This document shows, one piece after another, positions 1 through 7,704 of a stretch of 44,756 nt of DNA (the first letter of the stretch is position 1; each line of letters begins with the position of its first letter). Location: positions 1 through 44,756 of the forward strand of contig JANRLW010000101.1 in NCBI GenBank assembly GCA_033762295.1. Direction: 5' to 3'. The notes below the pieces were generated by a model. It was given only the letters and a program-made list of their open reading frames with translations. It was not told the DNA's origin and did not search any database. The position numbers were made by a program, and so were the translations under genes. The stretch is from Capsulimonadales bacterium (GTDB taxonomy: Bacteria; Armatimonadota; Armatimonadia; Armatimonadales; Armatimonadaceae).

Positions 1-36
1 ATGGTTGAGCGGAAGTGAATCCGCCCATCGCTGGAT

Positions 37-300
37 TTACGGCTTCCGATGAAAAACAGGTCGAGGTTTCTTCGGTTTTTGTTTTTTGACGTATGGCAAA
101 CGAGGGGAATGCGGTCTATAATGGAACACTTCTTTGAACCAGAGTCGGAACTCCTGCGCGCCTTTGCCGGAGGAGACGACGGCTGCCGGAGACGGGATGT
201 CGGTCGGGGGTGTGCAGAACCCTTCGTCGCGTAACTCATGCGCGGGACCGTCAGCGTTCGGAAGGGAAAGAACCTTGGGTTTTGGTTTTAGCGTTCGCAT
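37..300 (-). CDS. Possible small basic hypothetical protein (about 87 aa)
   Basis: ORF MRTLKPKPKVLSLP...YVKKQKPKKPRPVFHRKP fills otherwise non-coding space divergent from the rhodanese. No recognised domain and no clear RBS. Confidence 0.3.
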   Translation of the reverse strand: MRTLKPKPKVLSLPNADGPAHELRDEGFCTPPTDIPSPAAVVSSGKGAQEFRLWFKEVFHYRPHSPRLPYVKKQKPKKPRPVFHRKP

Positions 301-352
301 CGCCATCGAATGCAACCTGAATGAGGCGATCGAAGCGAACGAAGACGATTCA

Positions 353-697
353 TTGAATTACGCGGTCCTGACACCGCAGGAAGTTCTCCTCCGCTCCTCC
401 CGTCCCGACGTTTTGCTGCTGGATGTACGCACGCCGCGCGAGTACGTCTGCCATCGGATTCCCGGTTCGCAGTTGATGCCCGTGCAGGAGTTGTCCGGCG
501 GTTTTGAACGGCTCGACCCGAGGCATCCCACCATCTGCGTCTGCGAACACGGAATCCGGTCGGAGACCGCCGCCGCCTTCCTGGCCGCACAGGGCTTCCG
601 GGAGGTGTATACCATGCGTGGCGGCATCGTCCAGTGGCCGGGTCCTTTGCTGCGCGGGCCGTTCACCGACGAGTTCACCCCCTGCGAGGAAAAGTAA
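353..697 (+). CDS. Single-domain rhodanese-like sulfurtransferase
   Basis: LLDVRTPREY...HRIPGS, active-site loop CVCEHGIRS, and GFREVYTMRGG..W. TTG start at 353 chosen because the ORF-track extension from 134 looks non-coding. Confidence 0.85.
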   Translation: MNYAVLTPQEVLLRSSRPDVLLLDVRTPREYVCHRIPGSQLMPVQELSGGFERLDPRHPTICVCEHGIRSETAAAFLAAQGFREVYTMRGGIVQWPGPLLRGPFTDEFTPCEEK

Positions 698-723
698 TCG
701 GCAGGCCGGTTCCCGGCGGCAGG

Positions 724-1407
724 ATGAAGATCGTGGAGATCCTCGACAACATCGTGTGGAACAGTCTGGCAGGGCCGCATAGCCGGTTCGCTCTGGGCGG
801 CCCGACCGCCCGGCGGTATGCGCCGGGCTTCTCTCCGATCCTTGGCTTCGCCGATCCGGACCGTCCGGACTTCGCGTCGATCGCCGCTCATTGCCAGCGC
901 GACGAACATTTCTACTGCGATGGGTGGGCGGGTTCCGTGCCGTCCGGCTGGCAGATCGTCTTTGAGTCGAGCATGTTCAAGATGGTCCGCGTCGGAGAGT
1001 TTACGGATGACGACGACCGGACGGGAGCGATCCCGCTCGGACCGGAGCATTTCCTGCAGGCGCAGGAACTGGCCGTCCGCCTGCAGCCCGGACCGTTCGG
1101 CCCGCGCACGCCGGAGTTGGGCGAGTACTTCGGGGTTTTCGATGGGCCGCGCCTGATCGCAATGGCCGGCGAACGGTTCCACGCCGGTCCCTTTCGAGAG
1201 ATCAGCGGCGTCTGCACCGATCCGGAGTTTCAGGGCCGGGGACTGGCACGCGGACTGGTCGTAACCCTGGCGCGGCGGCAGAGCGCACGGGGAGAGATCC
1301 CGTTTCTCCATGTGATGCGAGACAACGTGCGGGCGCGACTGATGTATGAGCGGCTGGGCTTCGAGTACTATCGGGAATCGGTGGTACGGGTCGTTCGCTT
1401 CGCCTAA
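724..1407 (+). CDS. GNAT family N-acetyltransferase (FR47-like)
   Basis: ILDNIVWNSL N-terminus, PGPF..RT.ELG.YFG, AMAGERF, EISGVCTDPEFQGRGLA (acetyl-CoA motif), PFLHV..N..A..YERLGF. Confidence 0.9.
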   Translation: MKIVEILDNIVWNSLAGPHSRFALGGPTARRYAPGFSPILGFADPDRPDFASIAAHCQRDEHFYCDGWAGSVPSGWQIVFESSMFKMVRVGEFTDDDDRTGAIPLGPEHFLQAQELAVRLQPGPFGPRTPELGEYFGVFDGPRLIAMAGERFHAGPFREISGVCTDPEFQGRGLARGLVVTLARRQSARGEIPFLHVMRDNVRARLMYERLGFEYYRESVVRVVRFA

Positions 1408-2276
1408 CGGTTCAGGGATACATCGGCAACCGCGACACCGTTTCGATGGACCGGCATGGCCGTCGCCTCATCCGAGAGCAGTTCCCGCAGACGTTTCAAC
1501 GCCCGCTGCTGCAGTCGGGAGACATGCATCTGGGAGATGTTGAGTTTCCGGGCGATTTTGGCCTGACTCATCTCCTCGAAGAACCGCAGGGAGATCACCT
1601 CGCGCTCCCGGGGACCGAGCGCTTCCATCGCATTTCGCAAATCGCCGTAAATCTCAAAATCGTGGAGGGTTTTGTCGGTCCGACCGACAAGATCGAACAG
1701 CGAGGAAGAATCAAGCGTGGTATTCACTTCCAGATGGGTGTCGAGCGATAGCAGATTCGATGCTTCCCCGCACTCCAGCGCCTCGATCACCTCCTCGTCG
1801 CTGATGCCCAGGCGTTCGGCGATCTCGTGAACGGCCGGAGGGCGGCCGAGTTCCTGGGTCAGGGTCTGCGTGATCCGCCGGGTCGCCTGATGAAGCTCCT
1901 GAAGCCAGCGCGGGACCTTGATTCCGGCGGCCTTATCCCGGAAATGCCGCTTGATCTCCCCGAGAATCGTCGGCGTGGCGTAGGTGGAGAAGCGGGTTCC
2001 CTGAGCGGGGTTATAGCGATCCAGCGCGTTGATCAGGCCGATATTGCCGACCTGAATCAGATCCTCCAGCGATTCTCCCGCTCCGAGGAAGCGGGTCGCG
2101 ATGGAACGCACGAGCCGTTGATGGTGTAGAATGAGCAAATCCCGAAGACGAGTGTCTCTGGAAGTCGCATACTCGACCGACAACCGCTCCAGTTCCCCCG
2201 GCGGAAGGGGAGGAACGTCCACGTTATAGGGTGGTGTCAGCACGGGAGCCACACCATTCTCCGTTCGCATACCCAT
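1404..2276 (-). CDS. SigB/SigF/SigG family RNA polymerase sigma factor
   Basis: EDLIQVGNIGLINALDRY, RFSTYATPTILGEIKRHFRD, IKVPR, region 3 ELGRPP, region 4 MSQAKIARKLNISQMHVSRL. Start could be 2270, 2276 or 2345. Confidence 0.92.
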   Translation of the reverse strand: MGMRTENGVAPVLTPPYNVDVPPLPPGELERLSVEYATSRDTRLRDLLILHHQRLVRSIATRFLGAGESLEDLIQVGNIGLINALDRYNPAQGTRFSTYATPTILGEIKRHFRDKAAGIKVPRWLQELHQATRRITQTLTQELGRPPAVHEIAERLGISDEEVIEALECGEASNLLSLDTHLEVNTTLDSSSLFDLVGRTDKTLHDFEIYGDLRNAMEALGPREREVISLRFFEEMSQAKIARKLNISQMHVSRLQQRALKRLRELLSDEATAMPVHRNGVAVADVSLNR

Positions 2277-2549
2277 ACCTCGGCACAGTCCTCTCGTGAC
2301 AAGATCGGCACGAAACAGTCGAAGCACTCCGCCTGGTTGTTCCATGTATCTTGCGGCGGCGACTCCCTGACGAGAACGGCCCAGGTTTCGGGGCCACCGC
2401 TCCTTGCGATAACGGACCGCAACGATCCGAATGTTGGACGGACCGTGGAAAGGCCTTGTTTCGCAGGAGGGTCTCCTGTTGCCTAATCCACACCGCGCCG
2501 CCGATTTGCCGCGCTGCCCTCGGCCATTTTGCGGCCTCGCCGCCCATTC

Positions 2550-3536
2550 TCACTTCATGTCCGAGGAGTGTCCGGGAAATGCCTTTGCTAATGGATCGAT
2601 AAACGTTTTGGCAAAGTTGGCCGCGGTTCCTGCCTCGCCCATTCCGGTCGCAATCAATTTCAATTTTCCGTGGAAAGTGCAGATATCGCCGGCGGCGTAG
2701 ACACCCGGTATATTCGTCATCATCGTCGAATCGACCAGGATCGCATTCCCCTTGATTGTCAGCCCCCACTCCTTAATCGGCCCGAGGTTGGTCAAAAACC
2801 CCAGGTTGAGCAAAAGCGCATCACAGGGGATCGTCTCCTCGTCACCGGTTCGGTTATCAAAGACGGTCACGGCCTCGAGATGTTCATCGCCATGGACCGA
2901 TTTCAGTTCCCAGAACGTCCGCAGTTCGGTGGGAGACTCCATAACCTTTCGCACGGTATCCTCATGCGCCTTGAACCGGTCGGAACGATGGATCTGCAGG
3001 CAGTAGGACGCTGTTCTTCCGAAGGCAAGCGACCAGTCGAACGCGGAATCGCCGCCACCGACGATCACGATCCGCTTCCCGACGAATTTGGTCGTGTCGG
3101 TGACGTAATACTGGATTCCTTTGTCGATCAGATCCTCGATGCGCGGCAGATCGAGTTTGCGCGGGATGAACGCACCGACACCGGCGGCGATCATCACGGT
3201 CTTCGTCCGATGGGTTCCCTTATCGGTCGTCAGTTCGATCACACCGTCCTCGCCCCGTTTCAGCAGGATGACCTTCTCATCGAGACAGACCGTCGGCGCA
3301 TACTGCAACGCCTGTTCGACCAGTTGCTGTACCAGGTCTTTGGCCAGCACCTTCGAAAAGCCGCCGACATCGTAGATATATTTCTCCGGATACAGCGCGG
3401 ATAACTGACCGCCCAGTTGGGGAAGAGAATCGATGATCTTGGTTCTCATCTGTCGGAGGCCGGCATAAAACGCGCCATACAGGCCCGTCGGGCCGCCGCC
3501 AATGATGGTGATATCGAAGATGTCGGGTTCGGACAT
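2550..3536 (-). CDS. Ferredoxin--NADP(+) reductase, thioredoxin-reductase-like (YumC/FenR type)
   Basis: DITIIGGGPTGLYGAFYAG, GGQLSALYPEKYIYDVGGF, GGGDSAFDW, GVYAAGD..GKLKLIATG, C-terminal PGHSS. No CxxC motif. Confidence 0.92.
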   Translation of the reverse strand: MSEPDIFDITIIGGGPTGLYGAFYAGLRQMRTKIIDSLPQLGGQLSALYPEKYIYDVGGFSKVLAKDLVQQLVEQALQYAPTVCLDEKVILLKRGEDGVIELTTDKGTHRTKTVMIAAGVGAFIPRKLDLPRIEDLIDKGIQYYVTDTTKFVGKRIVIVGGGDSAFDWSLAFGRTASYCLQIHRSDRFKAHEDTVRKVMESPTELRTFWELKSVHGDEHLEAVTVFDNRTGDEETIPCDALLLNLGFLTNLGPIKEWGLTIKGNAILVDSTMMTNIPGVYAAGDICTFHGKLKLIATGMGEAGTAANFAKTFIDPLAKAFPGHSSDMK

Positions 3537-3657
3537 GGTAAGGGAAGCTCTCGTGCTCGAATTACCGCTCGGCCCCGGCGAAGAAAATAGCGATTGTGCG
3601 GCAACGGAAGGGAGCAGCCGCACACCGGGAAAAGGCGATGCGGCGTTGCTATCAGTG

Positions 3658-3687
3658 AGTATAACCCCGTGGCGCGGGCGATGTCAA
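3658..3687 (-). promoter_or_regulatory. Sigma70-type promoter for the FNR gene
   Basis: Minus strand reads TTGACA (3687-3682), 18-nt spacer, TATACT (3663-3658). Confidence 0.65.
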
Positions 3688-3790
3688 TCGGGTACGCTCT
3701 CACCGGATGACGAATATATCACATAATTTGTCGGCGAAAAAACCATGATTCACGGGGTACGGAGTCTATTCACGGTGTCCTACCGTTTCT

Positions 3791-4438
3791 ATGCCTGTTC
3801 GGATACCATGGGATAAAGGAACTCCTCAGCGTCGAATGCGAAACCCGGACGGCGAGAGCCAGGAAAGAAAGCCCGATATCACCGGAGGATCGGGACGGTC
3901 AGCGCTCTTCCTGCGGTCGCCTTCCCCCGGTGCGGTCTTCCGCTTCCTCGAACGTCACCCGCACGCGGTTCCGGGTCCGACCGTCCTCCTGCTCTCCGAA
4001 CCGACGCCGCCCGGGGGATGGCGTCTCCTCACCACGGAATCGCCGTCGCCCCCGGATCTCTCCCTTCCCGGCCGAGCGCTGTCCGACGCCTTTCCGCCCT
4101 ATGTCTGTCTGATTTTTTTGGGATCGGAGCGATGGGGTTACACGATCTGGGCGAACGGCCGGACGGCGGAGGAGGCGTCGGAGCCGCTGCCCTCCTCGCC
4201 CGGCCCGGTCGGTTTCCGGTTGCGTCTGCCCGGTATGCGCCCGCCCGCTCCGCCGTATGTCGCCTGGGGGAAGGAACGTGCGCTGCCGGTCGATCGGTTC
4301 CCGGCAGGCGGCGGTCGGGGGTCCGTTCCGATCGTCGAGTACCGGACGGTCTCCTCGCTGGATGAACGCGGCCTCCTGCTGGAAAACCAGCCCCGCCTCT
4401 ACCGCTTCCCCTTTGCCGGAACGTCAGAGTCCGAATAA
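3791..4438 (+). CDS. Hypothetical Pro-rich protein
   Basis: Best ORF in this gap, with a globular-looking core (YVCLIFLGSERWGYTIWANG). Start may be 3836. Overlaps the convergent HAD gene by 15 bp. Confidence 0.55.
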   Translation: MPVRIPWDKGTPQRRMRNPDGESQERKPDITGGSGRSALFLRSPSPGAVFRFLERHPHAVPGPTVLLLSEPTPPGGWRLLTTESPSPPDLSLPGRALSDAFPPYVCLIFLGSERWGYTIWANGRTAEEASEPLPSSPGPVGFRLRLPGMRPPAPPYVAWGKERALPVDRFPAGGGRGSVPIVEYRTVSSLDERGLLLENQPRLYRFPFAGTSESE

Positions 4439-5104
4439 CGCCGGGAGGGTCGCGACATTCGGGATCAGGTGCGTGTGCGGGCAGACGACCAGTTGATCGT
4501 GGGTATGGCTGCCCTCGGTCACGCCGATGACCCAGCCGCAACCCGCCGCCGTCCCCTGATTCAGGTCCGCCGGCGTGTCGCCGACCTTGGCCACCGTCGC
4601 CGCATCGGAAATCCCGAACCGTTCCATCAGGGCGAGGATCAGATCGGGAAACGGACGACCGTTCGCCACCTCATCGCTGGTCACCGAGCCGTCGATCCGC
4701 CCCTCCCATGCCAGACGCCGGAGGATGGTGTCCGCGATATCACGGGAAAAGCCGGTATCGAGGGCGACGCGCACGCCCGCCGACCGTAAGCGGTCGAACG
4801 TCTCCTCGGTCCCCGGAATCGATCCGACTGCCGGGTCGGTCGCATAGAACGCCAGCATCCGGCGCACGAAATCCGCATGGATCGCCGCGACACGTTCCGT
4901 CGATCCCGCCGCCCCGAGAAGTTCGGCAATCGCCAGCGGTTTGGGAATACCCATGAACGCATTGGCGCGGCCCTGCGATACCGTTACCCCGTCCGCCGCC
5001 AGCGCCTCGACCAGACAGCGCGCGACCGCTCCCTCGCCGTCACGCACGGTCGTTCCCGCCATATCGAATACGACCAGCGCCGGTCGCCTCCGCTCCGTTT
5101 GCAT
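4424..5104 (-). CDS. PhnX-like HAD phosphonatase (TIGR03351-type phosphonoacetaldehyde hydrolase-like)
   Basis: HAD motif I is DMAGT (Ala in place of the second Asp, as in phosphonatases). Cap motif MGIPK carries the Schiff-base Lys position. Also GRPFPD and KVGDT..D...G..AG. Confidence 0.88.
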   Translation of the reverse strand: MQTERRRPALVVFDMAGTTVRDGEGAVARCLVEALAADGVTVSQGRANAFMGIPKPLAIAELLGAAGSTERVAAIHADFVRRMLAFYATDPAVGSIPGTEETFDRLRSAGVRVALDTGFSRDIADTILRRLAWEGRIDGSVTSDEVANGRPFPDLILALMERFGISDAATVAKVGDTPADLNQGTAAGCGWVIGVTEGSHTHDQLVVCPHTHLIPNVATLPALFGL

Positions 5105-5122
5105 ACGTCCCTCGCCGCTTTC

Positions 5123-6265
5123 CTATGGTCGGTCCGTCCCGGCCCGCTGCTCCATCACGACCTTTTCCGCCAGTCCGAACGACAGCGTCATTCCCGCGCC
5201 GCCGACCCCGGTCACCAGCGTGACGTTCGGTTCGGGCCGCGCGATCACATACGGCTTCTCCGGATGCTTGACATAGATTCCGTTCCATCGGGAGGTGACC
5301 CGGAAATCCGCCTTCAGGAAGGTCGCCAGATAGGACAGCACCAGACGGTCGATCTCCTCGCTGTCGAAAACGGAGATCGCGTCGTCGTATTCATGGGAAT
5401 CGCCCAGAGTCAGTTCGCCGCGCCCGTTCTGCGAGGCCATGACATGGATTCCGTAACGCCGGTATTCGGGCATCTCCCGCTCCAGACGCTCCTTCAGCGC
5501 GGGCAGTGTCGGACAGTGCGCGAACGATCGGTAATGGCAGAGGGTGAGTCCGGCGGCAAGCATCGGCCCCAGCATCCATTCGCCCATCGGTTCCGTGCGC
5601 AGCATCTGGAGTTTGCAGCGCAACAGTCCCATCTCCCGAAACTGTCGGGGATACAGGACGCCCATCTCGTCGCCCGAACAGACATACACCTGTCCGCGCG
5701 CCGTACGTCCGTCGGCAAGCCGCACCGTTCCCGCCTCCGAATGGGTGACGGCGGTTCCGAAGCGGAACGTCACTCCGAACCGCGCCGTCAGGAAGTCGGG
5801 CAGACGCGCAACCACTTCACGCGGGTCGACGCAGACTTCGGTTTCGGAGAACAACGCGCCGCGCAGACCTTCCGGGCGGACCGCTCCGAAGCGCGCGCCG
5901 ACTTCGAACGACGGGAACAGTTGAATACCCTGAAATCCGTTCGTTTTGGCCGCCTCGGAGAACTCGAACAGCACCTGCGCCTCGTCCGGATGATAGGCCA
6001 GATGCAGGCTTCCGACCGGCGCATACCACAATCCGGCGGCGGGCAGCAGGTTGAGCCAGAACGCGCGGCTTCTTAACGCCAGATCGTACATTTCGCCGAT
6101 CGGCTGTCCGATCGGCCAGATCATGCCGAAATTTCGAACGCTCGCGCCCTGCGCCCGCGCGTGACGTTCACAGACCAGCACCCGGCGTCCCTGCCGCCCG
6201 AGGTGGTACGCGTGGGCCAGACCGAGAATGCCCGCGCCTACCACGATATCGTCCCACTGCTCCAT
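5123..6265 (-). CDS. TIGR03364-family FAD-dependent oxidoreductase (aminoalkylphosphonate oxidase-like)
   Basis: DIVVGAGILGLAHA, AQGASVRNFGMIWPIGQ, CKLQMLRT, GIHVMASQNGRGELTLGDSHEY, W.GIY, GVGGAGMTLSFGLAE. Confidence 0.9.
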   Translation of the reverse strand: MEQWDDIVVGAGILGLAHAYHLGRQGRRVLVCERHARAQGASVRNFGMIWPIGQPIGEMYDLALRSRAFWLNLLPAAGLWYAPVGSLHLAYHPDEAQVLFEFSEAAKTNGFQGIQLFPSFEVGARFGAVRPEGLRGALFSETEVCVDPREVVARLPDFLTARFGVTFRFGTAVTHSEAGTVRLADGRTARGQVYVCSGDEMGVLYPRQFREMGLLRCKLQMLRTEPMGEWMLGPMLAAGLTLCHYRSFAHCPTLPALKERLEREMPEYRRYGIHVMASQNGRGELTLGDSHEYDDAISVFDSEEIDRLVLSYLATFLKADFRVTSRWNGIYVKHPEKPYVIARPEPNVTLVTGVGGAGMTLSFGLAEKVVMEQRAGTDRP

Positions 6266-6276
6266 TGGTCGCCCGG

Positions 6277-7065
6277 CTACTTGCCGCCTCCGCCGCCCTG
6301 CGGTCGACTGGCCGTGATCGTATAGATCGTATTCGGATTCCGATGCAGCGTCCGCACCTCGTACCCGTGGGACGTGAAAATATCGGAAATGTCGGTATCG
6401 CGGGACCCCGACAACTCCATCTGTTTGGGATGGATTTCAACGATCCAGTCCGTATGGTTCGCCTTCAGAAGGTTGGTCGCGCCGCGCAGGACCTCGGCCT
6501 CGTATCCTTCGACATCGATCTTGATCAGCCAGCGCGGAACGTTGTACGCGGAGAGAAGGCTGTCCAGTGTGACGATGGACACCGTGATCTCGGTCAGGGG
6601 GACGCCCGGATTCATTTTCTCGTTGATCTTGGTCACCTCGCCGACGACCGCCCCGGACATCGTATTGCCCTGGGCGACGAAGGAGGTTGTTCCCTCCTTT
6701 GAGCCGACCGCCACCTGGTTCAAAATGACGTTCCGCCGATCCTTCAGGTACAGGGACAGCATATCGAAGGCGGGCGAGGGTTCTGCCGCGACCACCTTGC
6801 CTTCCGGCCCTACGAGGCGGGCCGCCACCCCCGACCAGATACCGAAATGCGCTCCGATATCGGCGAACCCCATTCCCGGACTCAGCCTTTGCCGCAGAGC
6901 GTTGGCCATGTAGTCCTCATGGTCGAACCGGAGGCCGTCCCACATCTCCACCGGCCAGACCGTCCATTCGGAATTGACCCGTACGGGCAGACGCCGAACC
7001 CCCACATGGCGTAAACTCTTGAAGACCTGACGATACGCCGTTCCCAGCACTCGTTTCAAACCCAT
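6277..7065 (-). CDS. FkbM family SAM-dependent methyltransferase
   Basis: FADIGAHFG motif I, VVAAEP, VAVG, VTLDSL, LIKIDVEGYEAEVLRGA, IVEIH. Confidence 0.88.
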   Translation of the reverse strand: MGLKRVLGTAYRQVFKSLRHVGVRRLPVRVNSEWTVWPVEMWDGLRFDHEDYMANALRQRLSPGMGFADIGAHFGIWSGVAARLVGPEGKVVAAEPSPAFDMLSLYLKDRRNVILNQVAVGSKEGTTSFVAQGNTMSGAVVGEVTKINEKMNPGVPLTEITVSIVTLDSLLSAYNVPRWLIKIDVEGYEAEVLRGATNLLKANHTDWIVEIHPKQMELSGSRDTDISDIFTSHGYEVRTLHRNPNTIYTITASRPQGGGGGK

Positions 7066-7098
7066 CCCTACGTCACCTTTCTCGCTCCGCTTTCGGCC

Positions 7099-7683
7099 TC
7101 AGGCGTTGCGGACCCGTTCGATACGTTCCCTGTAGTGTTCGACGTCCGGGACGTCCAATCCGGGTATTTTTGCCAGATCATCGTAATGGCGCAGACGTAC
7201 CGCCTCCGCATGGAACGGGTTTTGTTCGAACGCCGCCGTCTCGTCCGCATTCATTGGTCCGCCCTGCAGCTCCAGGCTGCGAACGGACGCCGGCGACAAC
7301 GTCTCAAAGTATCCCGGTTCGCGGGCGCACAGATACCGCTTGGCATCGACATGCAGCAGGACCGGTTCGGACACGGACGCCGGAAAATGCGTCGACAGCC
7401 ACGACCGACCGAGCACCTCATGGCGCGTGTCGATTCCGGCCGCCGCCTTCTCCTCCCCGTCCGCCCCGTCCGTCACCTGCAGAATCCCGTCGGCGTCCGC
7501 CATCAGAAGATGACCGATATCATGCAGCAACGCCGCCACCACCAGCGTGTCGCTCACGCCGTCCTTGACGGCAAGATACGCGGACTGGAGCGCATGTTCC
7601 TTCTGGGAGACCGGTTCCCCGACATAGGCATTGCTGCCGAATCGGGTCAGCAGGTCCTCCACCTGGCGATAGATATCCGACAT
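7099..7683 (-). CDS. PhnZ-like HD-domain diiron phosphonate oxygenase
   Basis: YVGEPVSQKEHALQ, LLHDIGH, RHE, LHVDAKRYL, LSPASVRSLELQGG, LRHYDDLAK match the PhnZ/TmpB signature residues. Confidence 0.88.
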   Translation of the reverse strand: MSDIYRQVEDLLTRFGSNAYVGEPVSQKEHALQSAYLAVKDGVSDTLVVAALLHDIGHLLMADADGILQVTDGADGEEKAAAGIDTRHEVLGRSWLSTHFPASVSEPVLLHVDAKRYLCAREPGYFETLSPASVRSLELQGGPMNADETAAFEQNPFHAEAVRLRHYDDLAKIPGLDVPDVEHYRERIERVRNA

Positions 7684-7704
7684 TTTTCGTTCCTCCGGGA
7701 TCGC

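Noticed and set aside
134..352. N-terminal extension of the rhodanese ORF
   Set aside because: Non-protein-like sequence. The domain begins near the TTG at 353.
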